DNA of 64,000 bases from the NCBI GenBank assembly GCA_017561665.1, contig JAFZBQ010000081.1, forward strand, positions 23,881-87,880, written 5' to 3'. The translations under genes were made by a program, and so were the position numbers. This DNA is from Bacteroidales bacterium. GTDB lineage: Bacteria; Bacteroidota; Bacteroidia; Bacteroidales; UBA932. Below are positions 13,916 to 23,520 of this stretch, in pieces; position 1 is the stretch's first letter, and the number at the start of each line of letters is the position of its first letter. The notes under the pieces were generated by a model. That model ran no database searches, had not been told where the DNA came from, and was given only the letters and a program-made list of their open reading frames with translations.

Positions 13916-14497
13916 TTAAACTCCCACGACTACCTTGGCAAACCTGATGACCTTGCCTCCAAGGATATAACCTTTCTGAATAACCTCCAGCACGGTCCCT
14001 TTCTGCTTGGAATCCTCAACGGGGAGTTGCGCCACTGCCTCTGCAAAGTCGGTATCAAACTCTTTGCCGACAACTTCTATCTCCTCCAGGCCGCAACTCT
14101 TCATATAAGAGAGCAACTTGTTGTAGATAAGGCCCGTACCCTCTTTTTCAAAAGTACTGGCCTCGGTCTGCTCCAGCTGCTTGATAGCCCGTTCGCAATC
14201 GTCCAGCACGGGGAGCATCCCCTTCAGAATGTCTTCTCCGGCCGATTTCACCAGATCCAGCTTCTCCTTTGAGGTGCGGCGGCGGTAGTTGTCAAACTCA
14301 GCAGCCAAGCGCAGGTACTTGTCCTGTGCCTCCGCAGCCTGCTTCTGTGCTTCGGCCAGTGCATCTGCCGTTTCGGCAGCAGTATCAGCAACCTGCTCTT
14401 CTGCCTGTGCCTGAGCGGCTTCCTGCTGCTCTTGAGCCTTCTCCCCTACCTTTTCTTCTGGTTTGTCGTTCTTTTTGAAATCTTTATTGTGTTTCAT
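13916..14497 (-). CDS. grpE: Nucleotide exchange factor GrpE
   Basis: 193 aa with a charged A/Q/E-rich N-terminus and a conserved GrpE C-terminal core. Lies immediately upstream of dnaJ. Confidence 0.9.
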   Translation of the reverse strand: MKHNKDFKKNDKPEEKVGEKAQEQQEAAQAQAEEQVADTAAETADALAEAQKQAAEAQDKYLRLAAEFDNYRRRTSKEKLDLVKSAGEDILKGMLPVLDDCERAIKQLEQTEASTFEKEGTGLIYNKLLSYMKSCGLEEIEVVGKEFDTDFAEAVAQLPVEDSKQKGTVLEVIQKGYILGGKVIRFAKVVVGV

Positions 14498-14574
14498 GAT
14501 TGTCTGTTTTTACCGGAACCAAGACAAGGCAAATTGTTTGCCAACGGGGCCAAATGCGACAAAATGGCATATTT

Positions 14575-15318
14575 CTATACCGTCATCGCACCGTCGATGG
14601 TGATGACCTGGCCCGAGACGTACGAAGCCAGTTCGCTGGCAAGGAAGCAGCAGACATTGGCGATGTCCTCCGGAGTGCCGCCGCGGCGCAGGGGAATGTT
14701 GTCGACCCACTGCTTGAGCATCTCCTCGGGGAGCTTCTTTGTCATATCGGTAAGGATGAAGCCGGGCGCAATGGCGTTGACGCGGATGTTGCGGGGGCCG
14801 ACCTCCTTTGCCAGGGTGCGGGTAAAGGCCACGATAGCGCCCTTGGATGCGGAGTAGTTGCACTGGCCGGGATTGCCGCGCAGACCGGCTACGGATGCCA
14901 CGTTGATGATGCAACCCTTGCGGGCCTTCATCATTGCCGGTACCGCAGCGTGGCAGTAGTTATAAACGCTCTTGAGATTGATGCGGAGCACATCGTCCCA
15001 GGCCTTTTCGTCCATGCGTACCAGCAGACCGTCGCGGGTGATGCCGGCGTTATTTACCAGGATGTCCAGGCGGCCGAAAGCCTCCAGAGTCTGATTTACG
15101 ACACTGGCGGCCTGCTCAAAGTCGGAGACGTCGCTCTGGATGGCCAGAACCTTGACGCCGAAAGCCTCCAGCTCACTCTTGGTGGCCAGGGCGTTGTCGT
15201 CTATTACGATGTCGCAGAATGCGATGTTGGCGCCTTCGGCGGCGAATTTAAGGGCGATGGCCTTGCCGATGCCGCGGGCCGCGCCTGTAATTAATGCTAC
15301 TTGTCCTTCTAAAAACAT
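14575..15318 (-). CDS. fabG: 3-oxoacyl-ACP reductase (SDR family)
   Basis: Rossmann motif TGAARGIGKAI and catalytic YSASK. Start placed at ATG 15318; the track ORF starts at TTG 15327. Confidence 0.8.
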   Translation of the reverse strand: MFLEGQVALITGAARGIGKAIALKFAAEGANIAFCDIVIDDNALATKSELEAFGVKVLAIQSDVSDFEQAASVVNQTLEAFGRLDILVNNAGITRDGLLVRMDEKAWDDVLRINLKSVYNYCHAAVPAMMKARKGCIINVASVAGLRGNPGQCNYSASKGAIVAFTRTLAKEVGPRNIRVNAIAPGFILTDMTKKLPEEMLKQWVDNIPLRRGGTPEDIANVCCFLASELASYVSGQVITIDGAMTV

Positions 15319-15323
15319 AATTA

Positions 15324-16625
15324 TCAAATTATTTGGGCGGACAGATCATAATAGTCCGCGTCGGTTATTTTCACATTTATAAAGCAGCCCTCGATGCCGG
15401 CAGGAGCCGCCTTGAGGGGAATTATTACCTGCCCATCCACTTCCGGCGATTCTTTGGAGGTGCGGCAGAAAAGATTGCCGTCTTCAAAGGAATCCACGAT
15501 CACTCGCTCCTGGCTTCCTATTCGGGAGGTGTTGTAGGCCAGCGATATACCGCTCTGAAGCTCCATCAGACGGTCGTAACGCTCTTGCTTCACCCGCTCC
15601 GGAATCGTATCCTTGAAATTGAGGGCGCCGTAGGTCCCCTCCTCTTCGCTGTAAGTAAAGGCCCCGAGCCGCTCGAAGCGCATATCCTTTACATATTGGA
15701 GCAGGCGCTTGAACTCGCGCTCGGTTTCCCCGGGATGCCCCACGATCATGGTGGTGCGCAGCGCCACGCCGGGCACCTTGGTGCGGAACTTCTCTACCAG
15801 GGAACGCATCTGCGCCTCGTCGGAAGGGCGCCGCATCATACCCAGCACCTTGGCGTCGCAGTGCTGCAGGGGAATGTCTATATACTTGCAGATCTTGGGA
15901 TTTACGGCCATCAAGTCCAGCAAGTCCTCCGGAAATGCCTCGGGATAACTGTAGTGCAGCCGGATCCACTCGATGCCCTTTATCTGCGAGAGACGATCCA
16001 GCAGCGGCGCTATCATCCGCTTGCGGTAGAGGTCCAGGCCGTAGTAGGTGGTGTCCTGCGCCACCACAATCAGCTCCTTTACGCCGCTTTCTGCCAGGGA
16101 CGAAGCCTCGTCGGAGAGCGCCTCCATATCCACCGAAACGTGGCGCCCACGGATGCCGGGAATGGCGCAGTAAGAGCAGGCGCGATCGCACCCCTCGGAA
16201 ATCTTGAGATAGGCGTAGTGGCGCGGAGTGGTCAGATGGCGTCGGAATTCCAGCGCCGGCGAATACTTCACCCCCAGCGCTGCCAGCAGCCCCTTGAAGT
16301 CATTGGCTCCGAAGAAGCCGTCCACCTCTGGAATTTCCGCCTTGAGTTCGGCCGGATAGCGCTGCGAGAGGCATCCGAAGGCATATACGCGCTTCACAAA
16401 GCCCTGCTTTTTAGCCTCCACGGCCTGCAATATGGCGTCAATGGATTCCTGCTTGGCGTCGGCGATGAAGCCGCAGGTGTTGAGTATCACCACATCGGCA
16501 CCGCCCGGTGCAAAAGGGGCCTCTTCCGGACATATCTCTATGCCGGAGGCGGCCAGCTGGCAGAGCAGATGTTCAGAATCGACCCTGTTCTTTGAGCAGC
16601 CCAGAGTTATCAGCTGAACTTTCAC
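15324..16625 (-). CDS. rimO: Ribosomal protein S12 methylthiotransferase RimO
   Basis: 433 aa. MTTase N-terminus LGCSKNRVDSE, radical-SAM CDRACSYCAIP and a TRAM-like C-terminus. The size fits RimO better than MiaB. Confidence 0.8.
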   Translation of the reverse strand: MKVQLITLGCSKNRVDSEHLLCQLAASGIEICPEEAPFAPGGADVVILNTCGFIADAKQESIDAILQAVEAKKQGFVKRVYAFGCLSQRYPAELKAEIPEVDGFFGANDFKGLLAALGVKYSPALEFRRHLTTPRHYAYLKISEGCDRACSYCAIPGIRGRHVSVDMEALSDEASSLAESGVKELIVVAQDTTYYGLDLYRKRMIAPLLDRLSQIKGIEWIRLHYSYPEAFPEDLLDLMAVNPKICKYIDIPLQHCDAKVLGMMRRPSDEAQMRSLVEKFRTKVPGVALRTTMIVGHPGETEREFKRLLQYVKDMRFERLGAFTYSEEEGTYGALNFKDTIPERVKQERYDRLMELQSGISLAYNTSRIGSQERVIVDSFEDGNLFCRTSKESPEVDGQVIIPLKAAPAGIEGCFINVKITDADYYDLSAQII

Positions 16626-16628
16626 GGA

Positions 16629-17057
16629 TTATTCGGCTGCTTCTTCCTTCTTCTCTTCCTCTTCTTCTATGAATTCCAGACTGCCGAAACGGGCCAGGTT
16701 GCTGTACCAGTCCAGGACCTTCTTCATGTGGGAAACATAGAAGCGGTCGCGGTCATAGCCGGGGAGCACCTTGGCAAAGAACGCCTTGATGGCTTCGGGA
16801 TTGTCCTTGCTGCTGGGAGCGGGTTTGTCGCCCAGCTCCGCATGCATATCCTCGAGCACCTTCTTCAGAGTCACTTCGCCGTCGTCGGCATAGATGCTGA
16901 CATCTGCCAGCGTGGTGACCTTGGCAGAAGTAGAAACGCTGCTGCGCTTCTTGCTTTCCATTGCCTCTACGATAAAGCCGTTGCGGCCCTGTGCGATATA
17001 TTCGAACAATCCGGGCTGACCCGAGATTGCCAAAACTTTCTTAAGATCGATTGCCAT
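16629..17057 (-). CDS. Conserved hypothetical protein (DUF5606-like)
   Basis: 142 aa. MAIDLKKVLAISGQPGLFEYI... resembles a Bacteroidetes-specific family from memory. Acidic tail. Confidence 0.55.
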   Translation of the reverse strand: MAIDLKKVLAISGQPGLFEYIAQGRNGFIVEAMESKKRSSVSTSAKVTTLADVSIYADDGEVTLKKVLEDMHAELGDKPAPSSKDNPEAIKAFFAKVLPGYDRDRFYVSHMKKVLDWYSNLARFGSLEFIEEEEEKKEEAAE

Positions 17058-17652
17058 TTTTATTCTGTTTTAAGTTTTCTATCAATTCCAATATCCGCGG
17101 GAGATACGCCGTGGTATCGTCCGTGATTATCGTCATATCGGCCTTCGCCTCACGTTGCGCATCTGTCCACTGGTTTGCCATGCGCCGCAGGATCTGCTCG
17201 CGGGTGGCGCCGTCACGCTTCGTGGCCCGTTTCACCCGCACCTCTTCGGGTGCCGAAACCGTAATGACGTAATCTGCAAATTTATCAAAAAAAGGCTTTT
17301 CCAGCAATATCGCCGACTCCAGTATCACTATGTCGGAGGGTTGAGTCGCCGCCCACCTGAGAAAGTCCGCCGCCACCGCCGGGTGCACCACCGACTCCAA
17401 TTTTTCAAGAAGTGTCCGGTCACCAAAGAGACGGGCGGCCATCTTGCGGGTATTCAGGGAACCGTCGGCACCAAGTACCTCAGTACCAAGCAACTGAACC
17501 ACTTCCGAGGCCAGTGCTTTGTCTTCCCGATACAGATCCTTGGTGCGGCCGTCGCAGTCGTAAGCGGGAACGCCTAGGGCGGCGAAAGCCTCCAGAATGG
17601 CGGATTTGCCGCTGCCGATTCCGCCGGTGATGCCTATGACCGTCTTTTTCAT
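17041..17652 (-). CDS. coaE: Dephospho-CoA kinase
   Basis: ORF trimmed to ATG 17652 (MKKTVIGITGGIGSGKS P-loop). Confidence 0.85.
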   Translation of the reverse strand: MKKTVIGITGGIGSGKSAILEAFAALGVPAYDCDGRTKDLYREDKALASEVVQLLGTEVLGADGSLNTRKMAARLFGDRTLLEKLESVVHPAVAADFLRWAATQPSDIVILESAILLEKPFFDKFADYVITVSAPEEVRVKRATKRDGATREQILRRMANQWTDAQREAKADMTIITDDTTAYLPRILELIENLKQNKNGNRS

Positions 17653-18635
17653 TTGAGCTCCAGCACTACGCACTCTACCGAAGGGGGATCCAATTCATAG
17701 GAAATCATCTGCGCCGGTGCGCTGTAGAGTTTGGGAATCACGACGCCGGAACGGGAGGCGGCAAAATCGCTGTAATAAACCACGAATGTGGGGGGATTCT
17801 CCTGCGAGGCGCCCTCCGCCAGAGCGTACGGCACACGGTAGCGTACCGTGCCGGAAGAGGGATTTATCATTATGCTGACCTTGGCCGGCTTGCCCACCAG
17901 GGAGAAGTCGACCTCGCTTGAGAGTTCTATGTAGCGGACGATATCGATGTGGTACTCAGCCTCGGTGGCAGAAATCTCCACTCCCCTGAGCGGCTTGATA
18001 CGGACCTTGCCGTCCAGCGGAGCGTCGGCGTTGTTGAACACTACCTTGTCGGTCTCCACCTGGCTGATTCCCTCCAGCAGCGACAAATCGCCGTATACCG
18101 CCACAGAATCGGGCTTGACCACGATGTCGGAGGCTATCATATACTGGCTCTTGCAGGTGATATCCGGCTGCACAACCACCGGCACCTTCTTGTGGGTACG
18201 AGGTGTCAGTTTAAAGGTCAGTTTCTCTGTATCAAACGAGTTGATGGTCATATTGGAGCCCAGCGTCTGATAGAGTTCTTCCGTCAAATCGCGGGTATAT
18301 ACCTCGAACAGGTTGTTCTCCCCCTCCACCCGGTGCAGCTTGCTGCCGGGTACGTTCAGGGTGATGCTGCGGGCGATATTGGCCGAGCGGCGAAGGCCGA
18401 TGATGGAAAAGCCGGTGCCGGTGGCCCGTATCACGAGCACATCGTCACTGGCCGACTCTCCCGCGTATCCCTCCAAATCGGTATTCAAGGTCACCTTGAA
18501 CTTCATGGGGACCATATACTTGAGGGACATGCCGTGGAAGAACCAGACCGAAAAAGCCAGGATCAGAGAGATGAGCAGTGCCACCCAGTCGTTTCCCAGC
18601 TTTTTCAGAACCCTTTTTCCGCTTTCGTCGCGCAT
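17649..18635 (-). CDS. YbbR-like domain membrane-anchored protein
   Basis: 328 aa with an N-terminal TM helix (WVALLISLILAFSVWFF) and repeated beta-rich segments. The family call is from memory of the yajC-coaE neighbourhood. Confidence 0.5.
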   Translation of the reverse strand: MRDESGKRVLKKLGNDWVALLISLILAFSVWFFHGMSLKYMVPMKFKVTLNTDLEGYAGESASDDVLVIRATGTGFSIIGLRRSANIARSITLNVPGSKLHRVEGENNLFEVYTRDLTEELYQTLGSNMTINSFDTEKLTFKLTPRTHKKVPVVVQPDITCKSQYMIASDIVVKPDSVAVYGDLSLLEGISQVETDKVVFNNADAPLDGKVRIKPLRGVEISATEAEYHIDIVRYIELSSEVDFSLVGKPAKVSIMINPSSGTVRYRVPYALAEGASQENPPTFVVYYSDFAASRSGVVIPKLYSAPAQMISYELDPPSVECVVLELK

Positions 18636-18644
18636 ATCAGGGCT

Positions 18645-18986
18645 TTATGCCTGTTGCGAATCGCTGAAGTCCTTTACCAAAGATGCCTTGTCAACCCTGA
18701 TGGAGACACCCTTGCTGATTTCAATGTCGACGGTCTTGTCGGCAATTTCGTTTACCGTGCCGTATATGCCGCCGATGGTGACAACCTTGTCACCTTTCTT
18801 GAGCTCGCTGCGGAACTTTTCCATCTCTTTCTGCTTCTTCTGCTGGGGACGGATCATAAAGAGCCACATCACCACGAAAAGCAGTACTATCATAATCAGG
18901 AATGACCAGTTGCCACCGGCTCCCTGGCCTGCTGCAGCGCCGTCGGTTGCTGCCGGTTGCGCCATAAGGAATGTCAAAAACTTCAT
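18645..18986 (-). CDS. yajC: Preprotein translocase subunit YajC
   Basis: 113 aa with a single TM helix followed by KKGDKVVTIGGIYGTV. Confidence 0.85.
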   Translation of the reverse strand: MKFLTFLMAQPAATDGAAAGQGAGGNWSFLIMIVLLFVVMWLFMIRPQQKKQKEMEKFRSELKKGDKVVTIGGIYGTVNEIADKTVDIEISKGVSIRVDKASLVKDFSDSQQA

Positions 18987-19006
18987 ATTGTCAATATTTT
19001 AATTGT

Positions 19007-19954
19007 TTATTCATCTCCCGTATAAAGGCCGCGCCCCTCCTTTACCACCTCTCCGCTCTGCTGCATCCTCTTGAGGATCACATCCAGCAGGCCGTTGACA
19101 AAAGTGTGGCTGTTGGGGGTGCTGTAGAACTTGGATATCTCCACATATTCGTTGATGGTGACCTTAAGCGGAATGGTGGGGAACTTGACCGCCTCTGCCA
19201 TGCCCATCACTATCAGACAGGCATCCACCCTCACGATGCGGTCGGGATCCCAGTTGGGAACATTCTCGCGCACGGTCGCCAGGTTCTTGTCGAAATTTGC
19301 CATGGATGCCGCCAGCAGGTCGAAGGCGAAGGTGCGGTCGTCGTCCTTGAGAAAGACGTTGTGACGGGGCACCGCCGACTTGGGCGAAATGGCCGCCAGG
19401 TCGTGGATAATCACGTTCAGCACATAGCCCAGGTCGTCGGCCCAATAGACCGATGTCTCTTCCAGGATGTCCCAGAGCATCTCGTTGTCTTCCAGTTCCT
19501 CTTCGTAGATGCGGCTGATAAAGCGGCAGTCGGCGGCAAAGGAATCTTCATCAGAAGAAATATACTCCTGATAGTAATCAGAAGCCACGATGCCGGCGTA
19601 CAGTTTCTTGAGAAAGACGTCGTATTCCGCCCAGCCGAAACCCTTCTTATCGCAAATCTTCTGGAATTCATCGTCTTTCTCCAGCAAAGCAATGAAGCGA
19701 TTGTCCACAAAACGGGTGCTGGCGTTGAGTTCACTTTCTGACGGGTTGAACTTGCTCTTGCCGATCTCAATCTTTTCTGCGGCCAACTTCTTGAGCGCCG
19801 GGCACAGGTTCAACAAGAAATAGTATAAATCAAGCGTTTTGGAAAGAGATAGCTGCAATTCCTTTTCTGCCTTTGACAAATCGGCTTCCCGGGAAGTTTC
19901 GGCAGCGTAAAGAACCTTAAAGACCTTGATGCGGATTAACCGGCGATTGAGCAT
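19007..19954 (-). CDS. nusB: Transcription antitermination factor NusB (long Bacteroidetes form)
   Basis: 315 aa with N-terminus MLNRRLIRIKVFKVLYA. Conserved position next to yajC. Confidence 0.8.
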   Translation of the reverse strand: MLNRRLIRIKVFKVLYAAETSREADLSKAEKELQLSLSKTLDLYYFLLNLCPALKKLAAEKIEIGKSKFNPSESELNASTRFVDNRFIALLEKDDEFQKICDKKGFGWAEYDVFLKKLYAGIVASDYYQEYISSDEDSFAADCRFISRIYEEELEDNEMLWDILEETSVYWADDLGYVLNVIIHDLAAISPKSAVPRHNVFLKDDDRTFAFDLLAASMANFDKNLATVRENVPNWDPDRIVRVDACLIVMGMAEAVKFPTIPLKVTINEYVEISKFYSTPNSHTFVNGLLDVILKRMQQSGEVVKEGRGLYTGDE

Positions 19955-20038
19955 AAAAAAATCGAAATATTTTGTACAAATATAGGTTTTAATGATAAAT
20001 AAATTACCTTTGTTTAGAGAATTTTAAAAAAGATTGCC

Positions 20039-20419
20039 ATGTATTTTGAAGATTACGAAAACGCGAAGAGTCAGGAGCGCAATAGCGATGATGTTTATTC
20101 CAAGCCCGTCAGGGCCGGCAAGAGGACCTATTTCTTTGATGTAAAGGCCACTAAGGGCAACGATTACTATCTCACCATCACAGAGAGCAAACGTAAGGTA
20201 GAGCAGGACGGCAAGTTTGTTTACGACAAGCATAAAATCTTCCTTTACAAAGAGGATTTCGAGAAGTTCAGCGAGGGTCTGCAGGAGGTTATCAACTATA
20301 TCAAGGAGCGTTGCCCCGTGACTGAGGCCCGCCCTTACAACGATGGTTACCAGCGCAGCGAAGAGTCCGGAAAGCCTGCCGGCCCCGGTTACTCAGACGT
20401 TGATTTTGACGAACTGTAG
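20039..20419 (+). CDS. PUR-alpha-like (DUF3276) nucleic-acid-binding protein
   Basis: 126 aa. KRTYFFDVKATKGNDYYLTITESKR is characteristic of the family (memory). A TACCTTTG -7 box lies at 20005-20012. Confidence 0.7.
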   Translation: MYFEDYENAKSQERNSDDVYSKPVRAGKRTYFFDVKATKGNDYYLTITESKRKVEQDGKFVYDKHKIFLYKEDFEKFSEGLQEVINYIKERCPVTEARPYNDGYQRSEESGKPAGPGYSDVDFDEL

Positions 20420-20420
20420 T

Positions 20421-20888
20421 ATGGACGGTAACGAGGCCGACGTATTTTACAGGGAGAGATATGGCATAGACATTACAGACTACGGCTACGTGGTTCAAAA
20501 ATCGCTTGAGTCCCTCTATCAGCGAGGAGTCAGACTAAGCGTCAAAAAACTTTACCGGAAATTCGAGCAAAGCGGCATCAGCCTTAAGATGAGTTCCCTG
20601 GAAAGGATACGGCTCAGGGCGTTGCTGCGCCGTACCCAGGACGAGCCGCCGATGCTCACTGATTATGGTGCCAGAATGTGGTACATCATGCAGATGCGCC
20701 CGTTCGAGGCCCACGACATGGCATTTCTGGCAGGCCGGTTCCCTATGGAGACCGCCCGTCATTATCCTCATCTTATCTGTGATGACGGTTATCTGATACC
20801 GGCGAATATGTATTCCAACAGCACCGCCAGCGCCAAGAAAGCGGCGGTGATCCGGCACTCTTTGTCGGCCGCGCCCCACACCAGGTAG
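20421..20888 (+). CDS. Hypothetical protein (uncertain)
   Basis: Internal ATG of track ORF 20343..20888, starting 2 nt after the stop of the preceding gene. The 3' ~100 nt overlap the convergent membrane-protein gene. Confidence 0.3.
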   Translation: MDGNEADVFYRERYGIDITDYGYVVQKSLESLYQRGVRLSVKKLYRKFEQSGISLKMSSLERIRLRALLRRTQDEPPMLTDYGARMWYIMQMRPFEAHDMAFLAGRFPMETARHYPHLICDDGYLIPANMYSNSTASAKKAAVIRHSLSAAPHTR

Positions 20889-21721
20889 TCATAGATAACC
20901 AGCGACACCGGCGCCATAATCAGCAGCACATTCATAATGAATCCGCCGTAGCTGAAAAGTGCCAGCAACAGGGTGATGACAGCCGAATAGGCGAAAATCA
21001 TTATCATCACCTTGGAGTGGGAGACGCTGTACTGGGCGTTACGTTTCAGGAAAGAAATCAGCGAGACGATGAAACATATCAGCAGGGTCACTATCTTGAT
21101 GACCCGGGCGGCGGAATTCGCCCCGAGACCGGGGTAAGGCGCCACCATGGCCGACAAATAATCCTTTACCGCCGGCATTATCATGCGGACATCGCCGGTA
21201 GCCAGCCGGTATGCCAGGAAGAAGGCCATCGGCAGCAGGAAACCCGCTATCGAAGAGACAATAAAGCGCGCCTTGTCGCCCGCCATGAAAAAGTTCATTA
21301 TCAGGAAGAACAACGCCAGCCATGCCAAGGGCGGGAACAACATGGAGGCCAGCGCAAGCAGCGCGCTGTAGAGGAAGGCCAGGTCGTCGTTGCTGTCGCC
21401 GCCGTAGAAACGCGCCGCCACATAAAACGCCAGATTGACCGGCAGCACGCACCAAAGCGAGGGGTCGTAGAGCGCCACGGCCGGGAAGCTGAGGACCAGT
21501 ATGCCAAACACGAACGGTGCGGCGTGGTTGATGCTCACCGCAAAAAAATCGACCGTAAAATAGACCAGCGCGGCATTTGCTGCCAAAAATAACAGGCCGC
21601 CGATAACGCCCAACGCAGTGATGGGCTGCTTATGGAAGATGAATGTCGACAGGACATACAGCACCACGGTGAAAGCCACCAAGACGTACATGTACTTGCG
21701 TATGTCAAAATGCCGCTTCAT
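20789..21721 (-). CDS. Polytopic inner-membrane protein, unknown function
   Basis: 310 aa with about 9 hydrophobic helices. Lies downstream of purD. Confidence 0.7.
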   Translation of the reverse strand: MKRHFDIRKYMYVLVAFTVVLYVLSTFIFHKQPITALGVIGGLLFLAANAALVYFTVDFFAVSINHAAPFVFGILVLSFPAVALYDPSLWCVLPVNLAFYVAARFYGGDSNDDLAFLYSALLALASMLFPPLAWLALFFLIMNFFMAGDKARFIVSSIAGFLLPMAFFLAYRLATGDVRMIMPAVKDYLSAMVAPYPGLGANSAARVIKIVTLLICFIVSLISFLKRNAQYSVSHSKVMIMIFAYSAVITLLLALFSYGGFIMNVLLIMAPVSLVIYDYLVWGAADKECRITAAFLALAVLLEYIFAGIR

Positions 21722-21730
21722 GGTTTGCCA

Positions 21731-23017
21731 TTAGAGATATTTCAGCAAGTCCCTGGTAATGTCGCTGCGGTGGTAAGCATCCTTGAAATCGATATTGGCC
21801 GCCGCCGAGTAGGCCTTGCGGCCCGCCTGCACGATGTCGGGGGCGTTGGCCACTACGGCCAGCACTCGACCGCCGCTGGTCACCACGCCATCATCTGCCG
21901 CTTTGGTACCCATATGGAACACTGTGGCACCGTCGGCTTCAGCCTTGTCGATGCCGGTTATCGGGTAACCCTTACCGTAGCTGCCGGGATAGCCGCCGGA
22001 GACGATAACCACCGTCACAGCCGCCTCAGGACTGATTTCTATCTTCTGGTTTTTCAACTCGCCCCTGGCCGCCGCCTCCAGATGGAGCAGCAGGTCGCTG
22101 GAGATGCGCGTCATCACCGACTCGGTTTCGGGGTCCCCCATACGGACGTTGTATTCTATCACGTACGGATCTCCGCAGCAGTTCATCAATCCGATAAATA
22201 TGAAGCCTTTATAGTCGATATTGTCGGCTGCCAGGCCGGCGATGGTGGGCTTCACTATACGCTCCTCCACCTTATCCATAAAGACCTTATCGGCAAAAGG
22301 AACTGGAGAAACGGCACCCATGCCACCGGTATTCAGGCCGGTGTCGCCGTCGCCGATGCGCTTGTAATCCTTTGCCTCGGGCAGGATCAGATAATCCTTG
22401 CCATCTGTGAGTACGAAAACAGACACCTCAATGCCGCTTAGGAACTGCTCTATGACGACCTTGCTGGAGGCTGCGCCAAACTTGCCGGAGAACATCTCCT
22501 CCAACTCTGCACATGCGGCAACGTAATCGTCCAGAATTACCACTCCCTTACCGGCTGCCAGGCCGTCCGCCTTGAGCACATATGGCGGCTGCAGCGTCTT
22601 CATAAAGGCCTTTGCCTCCGCCAGAGTCTCTTTTGTGAAAGGCTTGTAAGCCGCGGTGGGGATGCCGTGGCGCGACATGAAGTCCTTGGCAAATTCTTTG
22701 CTGCCTTCCAACTGTGCGCCAGTTTTGCCGGGGCCAACCACCAGAAGCTGCGGAAAACGGCCCTTAAGAAAATCGGTGAGACCGTCCACCAGCGGATTCT
22801 CAGGCCCCACGACCACCAAATCGATGCCGCTTTCGGCCACAGCGGATGCAATCGCCTCGAAATCCCCCACCCCAGCCGCGATGTTGGTAGCGAAAGAAGC
22901 GGTGCCGGGATTGCCGGGCAAGCAGTAAAGTTTATCCAGATACTTACTCTGTGAAATCTTCCACGCAATGGCATTTTCGCGGCCGCCGCTGCCCACGACA
23001 AGAACTTTTAATGACAT
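21731..23017 (-). CDS. purD: Phosphoribosylamine-glycine ligase
   Basis: 428 aa. VLVVGSGGRENAIAWK N-terminus and an ATP-grasp core. Confidence 0.9.
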   Translation of the reverse strand: MSLKVLVVGSGGRENAIAWKISQSKYLDKLYCLPGNPGTASFATNIAAGVGDFEAIASAVAESGIDLVVVGPENPLVDGLTDFLKGRFPQLLVVGPGKTGAQLEGSKEFAKDFMSRHGIPTAAYKPFTKETLAEAKAFMKTLQPPYVLKADGLAAGKGVVILDDYVAACAELEEMFSGKFGAASSKVVIEQFLSGIEVSVFVLTDGKDYLILPEAKDYKRIGDGDTGLNTGGMGAVSPVPFADKVFMDKVEERIVKPTIAGLAADNIDYKGFIFIGLMNCCGDPYVIEYNVRMGDPETESVMTRISSDLLLHLEAAARGELKNQKIEISPEAAVTVVIVSGGYPGSYGKGYPITGIDKAEADGATVFHMGTKAADDGVVTSGGRVLAVVANAPDIVQAGRKAYSAAANIDFKDAYHRSDITRDLLKYL

Positions 23018-23059
23018 ATAGCTTTGTTTATTGTCACAAAGATAACTACATTTGCTTTT

Positions 23060-23509
23060 ATGAAAATAATCCGAGTCATTATTTTGTGCTGTGTTCTGGC
23101 CGCTGCCATATCCTGCACTCCGCGCGGTATTATTCCCAAGCGGAAGATGGCCGCCATCAATGCAGAAATGTTCCTGTTTGACCAGTATGCCGCTGCCGAC
23201 AGGGAGATTAAGCGCATCACCGACACCACCGCCATATACAAGCCGCTGCTGCGCTCATACGGCTACACAGCCGACGATTATTTCCGGTCACTGGAGTATT
23301 ATCTGGATAATTCCCGCGAAATGGCGGAGGTTCTGGACATGACGGAGAAGATTCTTAAAAAGCGGGAAAACAAGATACTCAGGCGCATAGAGGCCGGAGC
23401 TCGTAAGAACGACACCACGATAATCGAGAAGCCGCGCAAGCAGAAAAAGAGCGACGAAAGTGACGACGATGAATTGCCAAAGGCGGACGAAACCCTCAGA
23501 ATGAACTAA
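23060..23509 (+). CDS. Lipoprotein (DUF4296-like)
   Basis: ORF trimmed to ATG 23060 (MKIIRVIILCCVLAAAISC lipobox). Charged C-terminal tail. Confidence 0.6.
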   Translation: MKIIRVIILCCVLAAAISCTPRGIIPKRKMAAINAEMFLFDQYAAADREIKRITDTTAIYKPLLRSYGYTADDYFRSLEYYLDNSREMAEVLDMTEKILKKRENKILRRIEAGARKNDTTIIEKPRKQKKSDESDDDELPKADETLRMN

Positions 23510-23520
23510 TAACTTAAAAT

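Noticed and set aside
14498-14574. GGCAAA-caa-TTTGCC hairpin between fabG and grpE as a possible heat-shock operator
   Set aside because: The stem is only 6 bp and there is no CIRCE-like TTAGCACTC-N9-GAGTGCTAA sequence. It is more simply the fabG terminator.
15333-16595. 420-aa + strand ORF antisense to rimO, and the similar ORFs 10957..11985 and 17949..18905
   Set aside because: These are antisense shadows of genes with clear catalytic motifs (radical SAM, M23, YbbR-like). No independent support.
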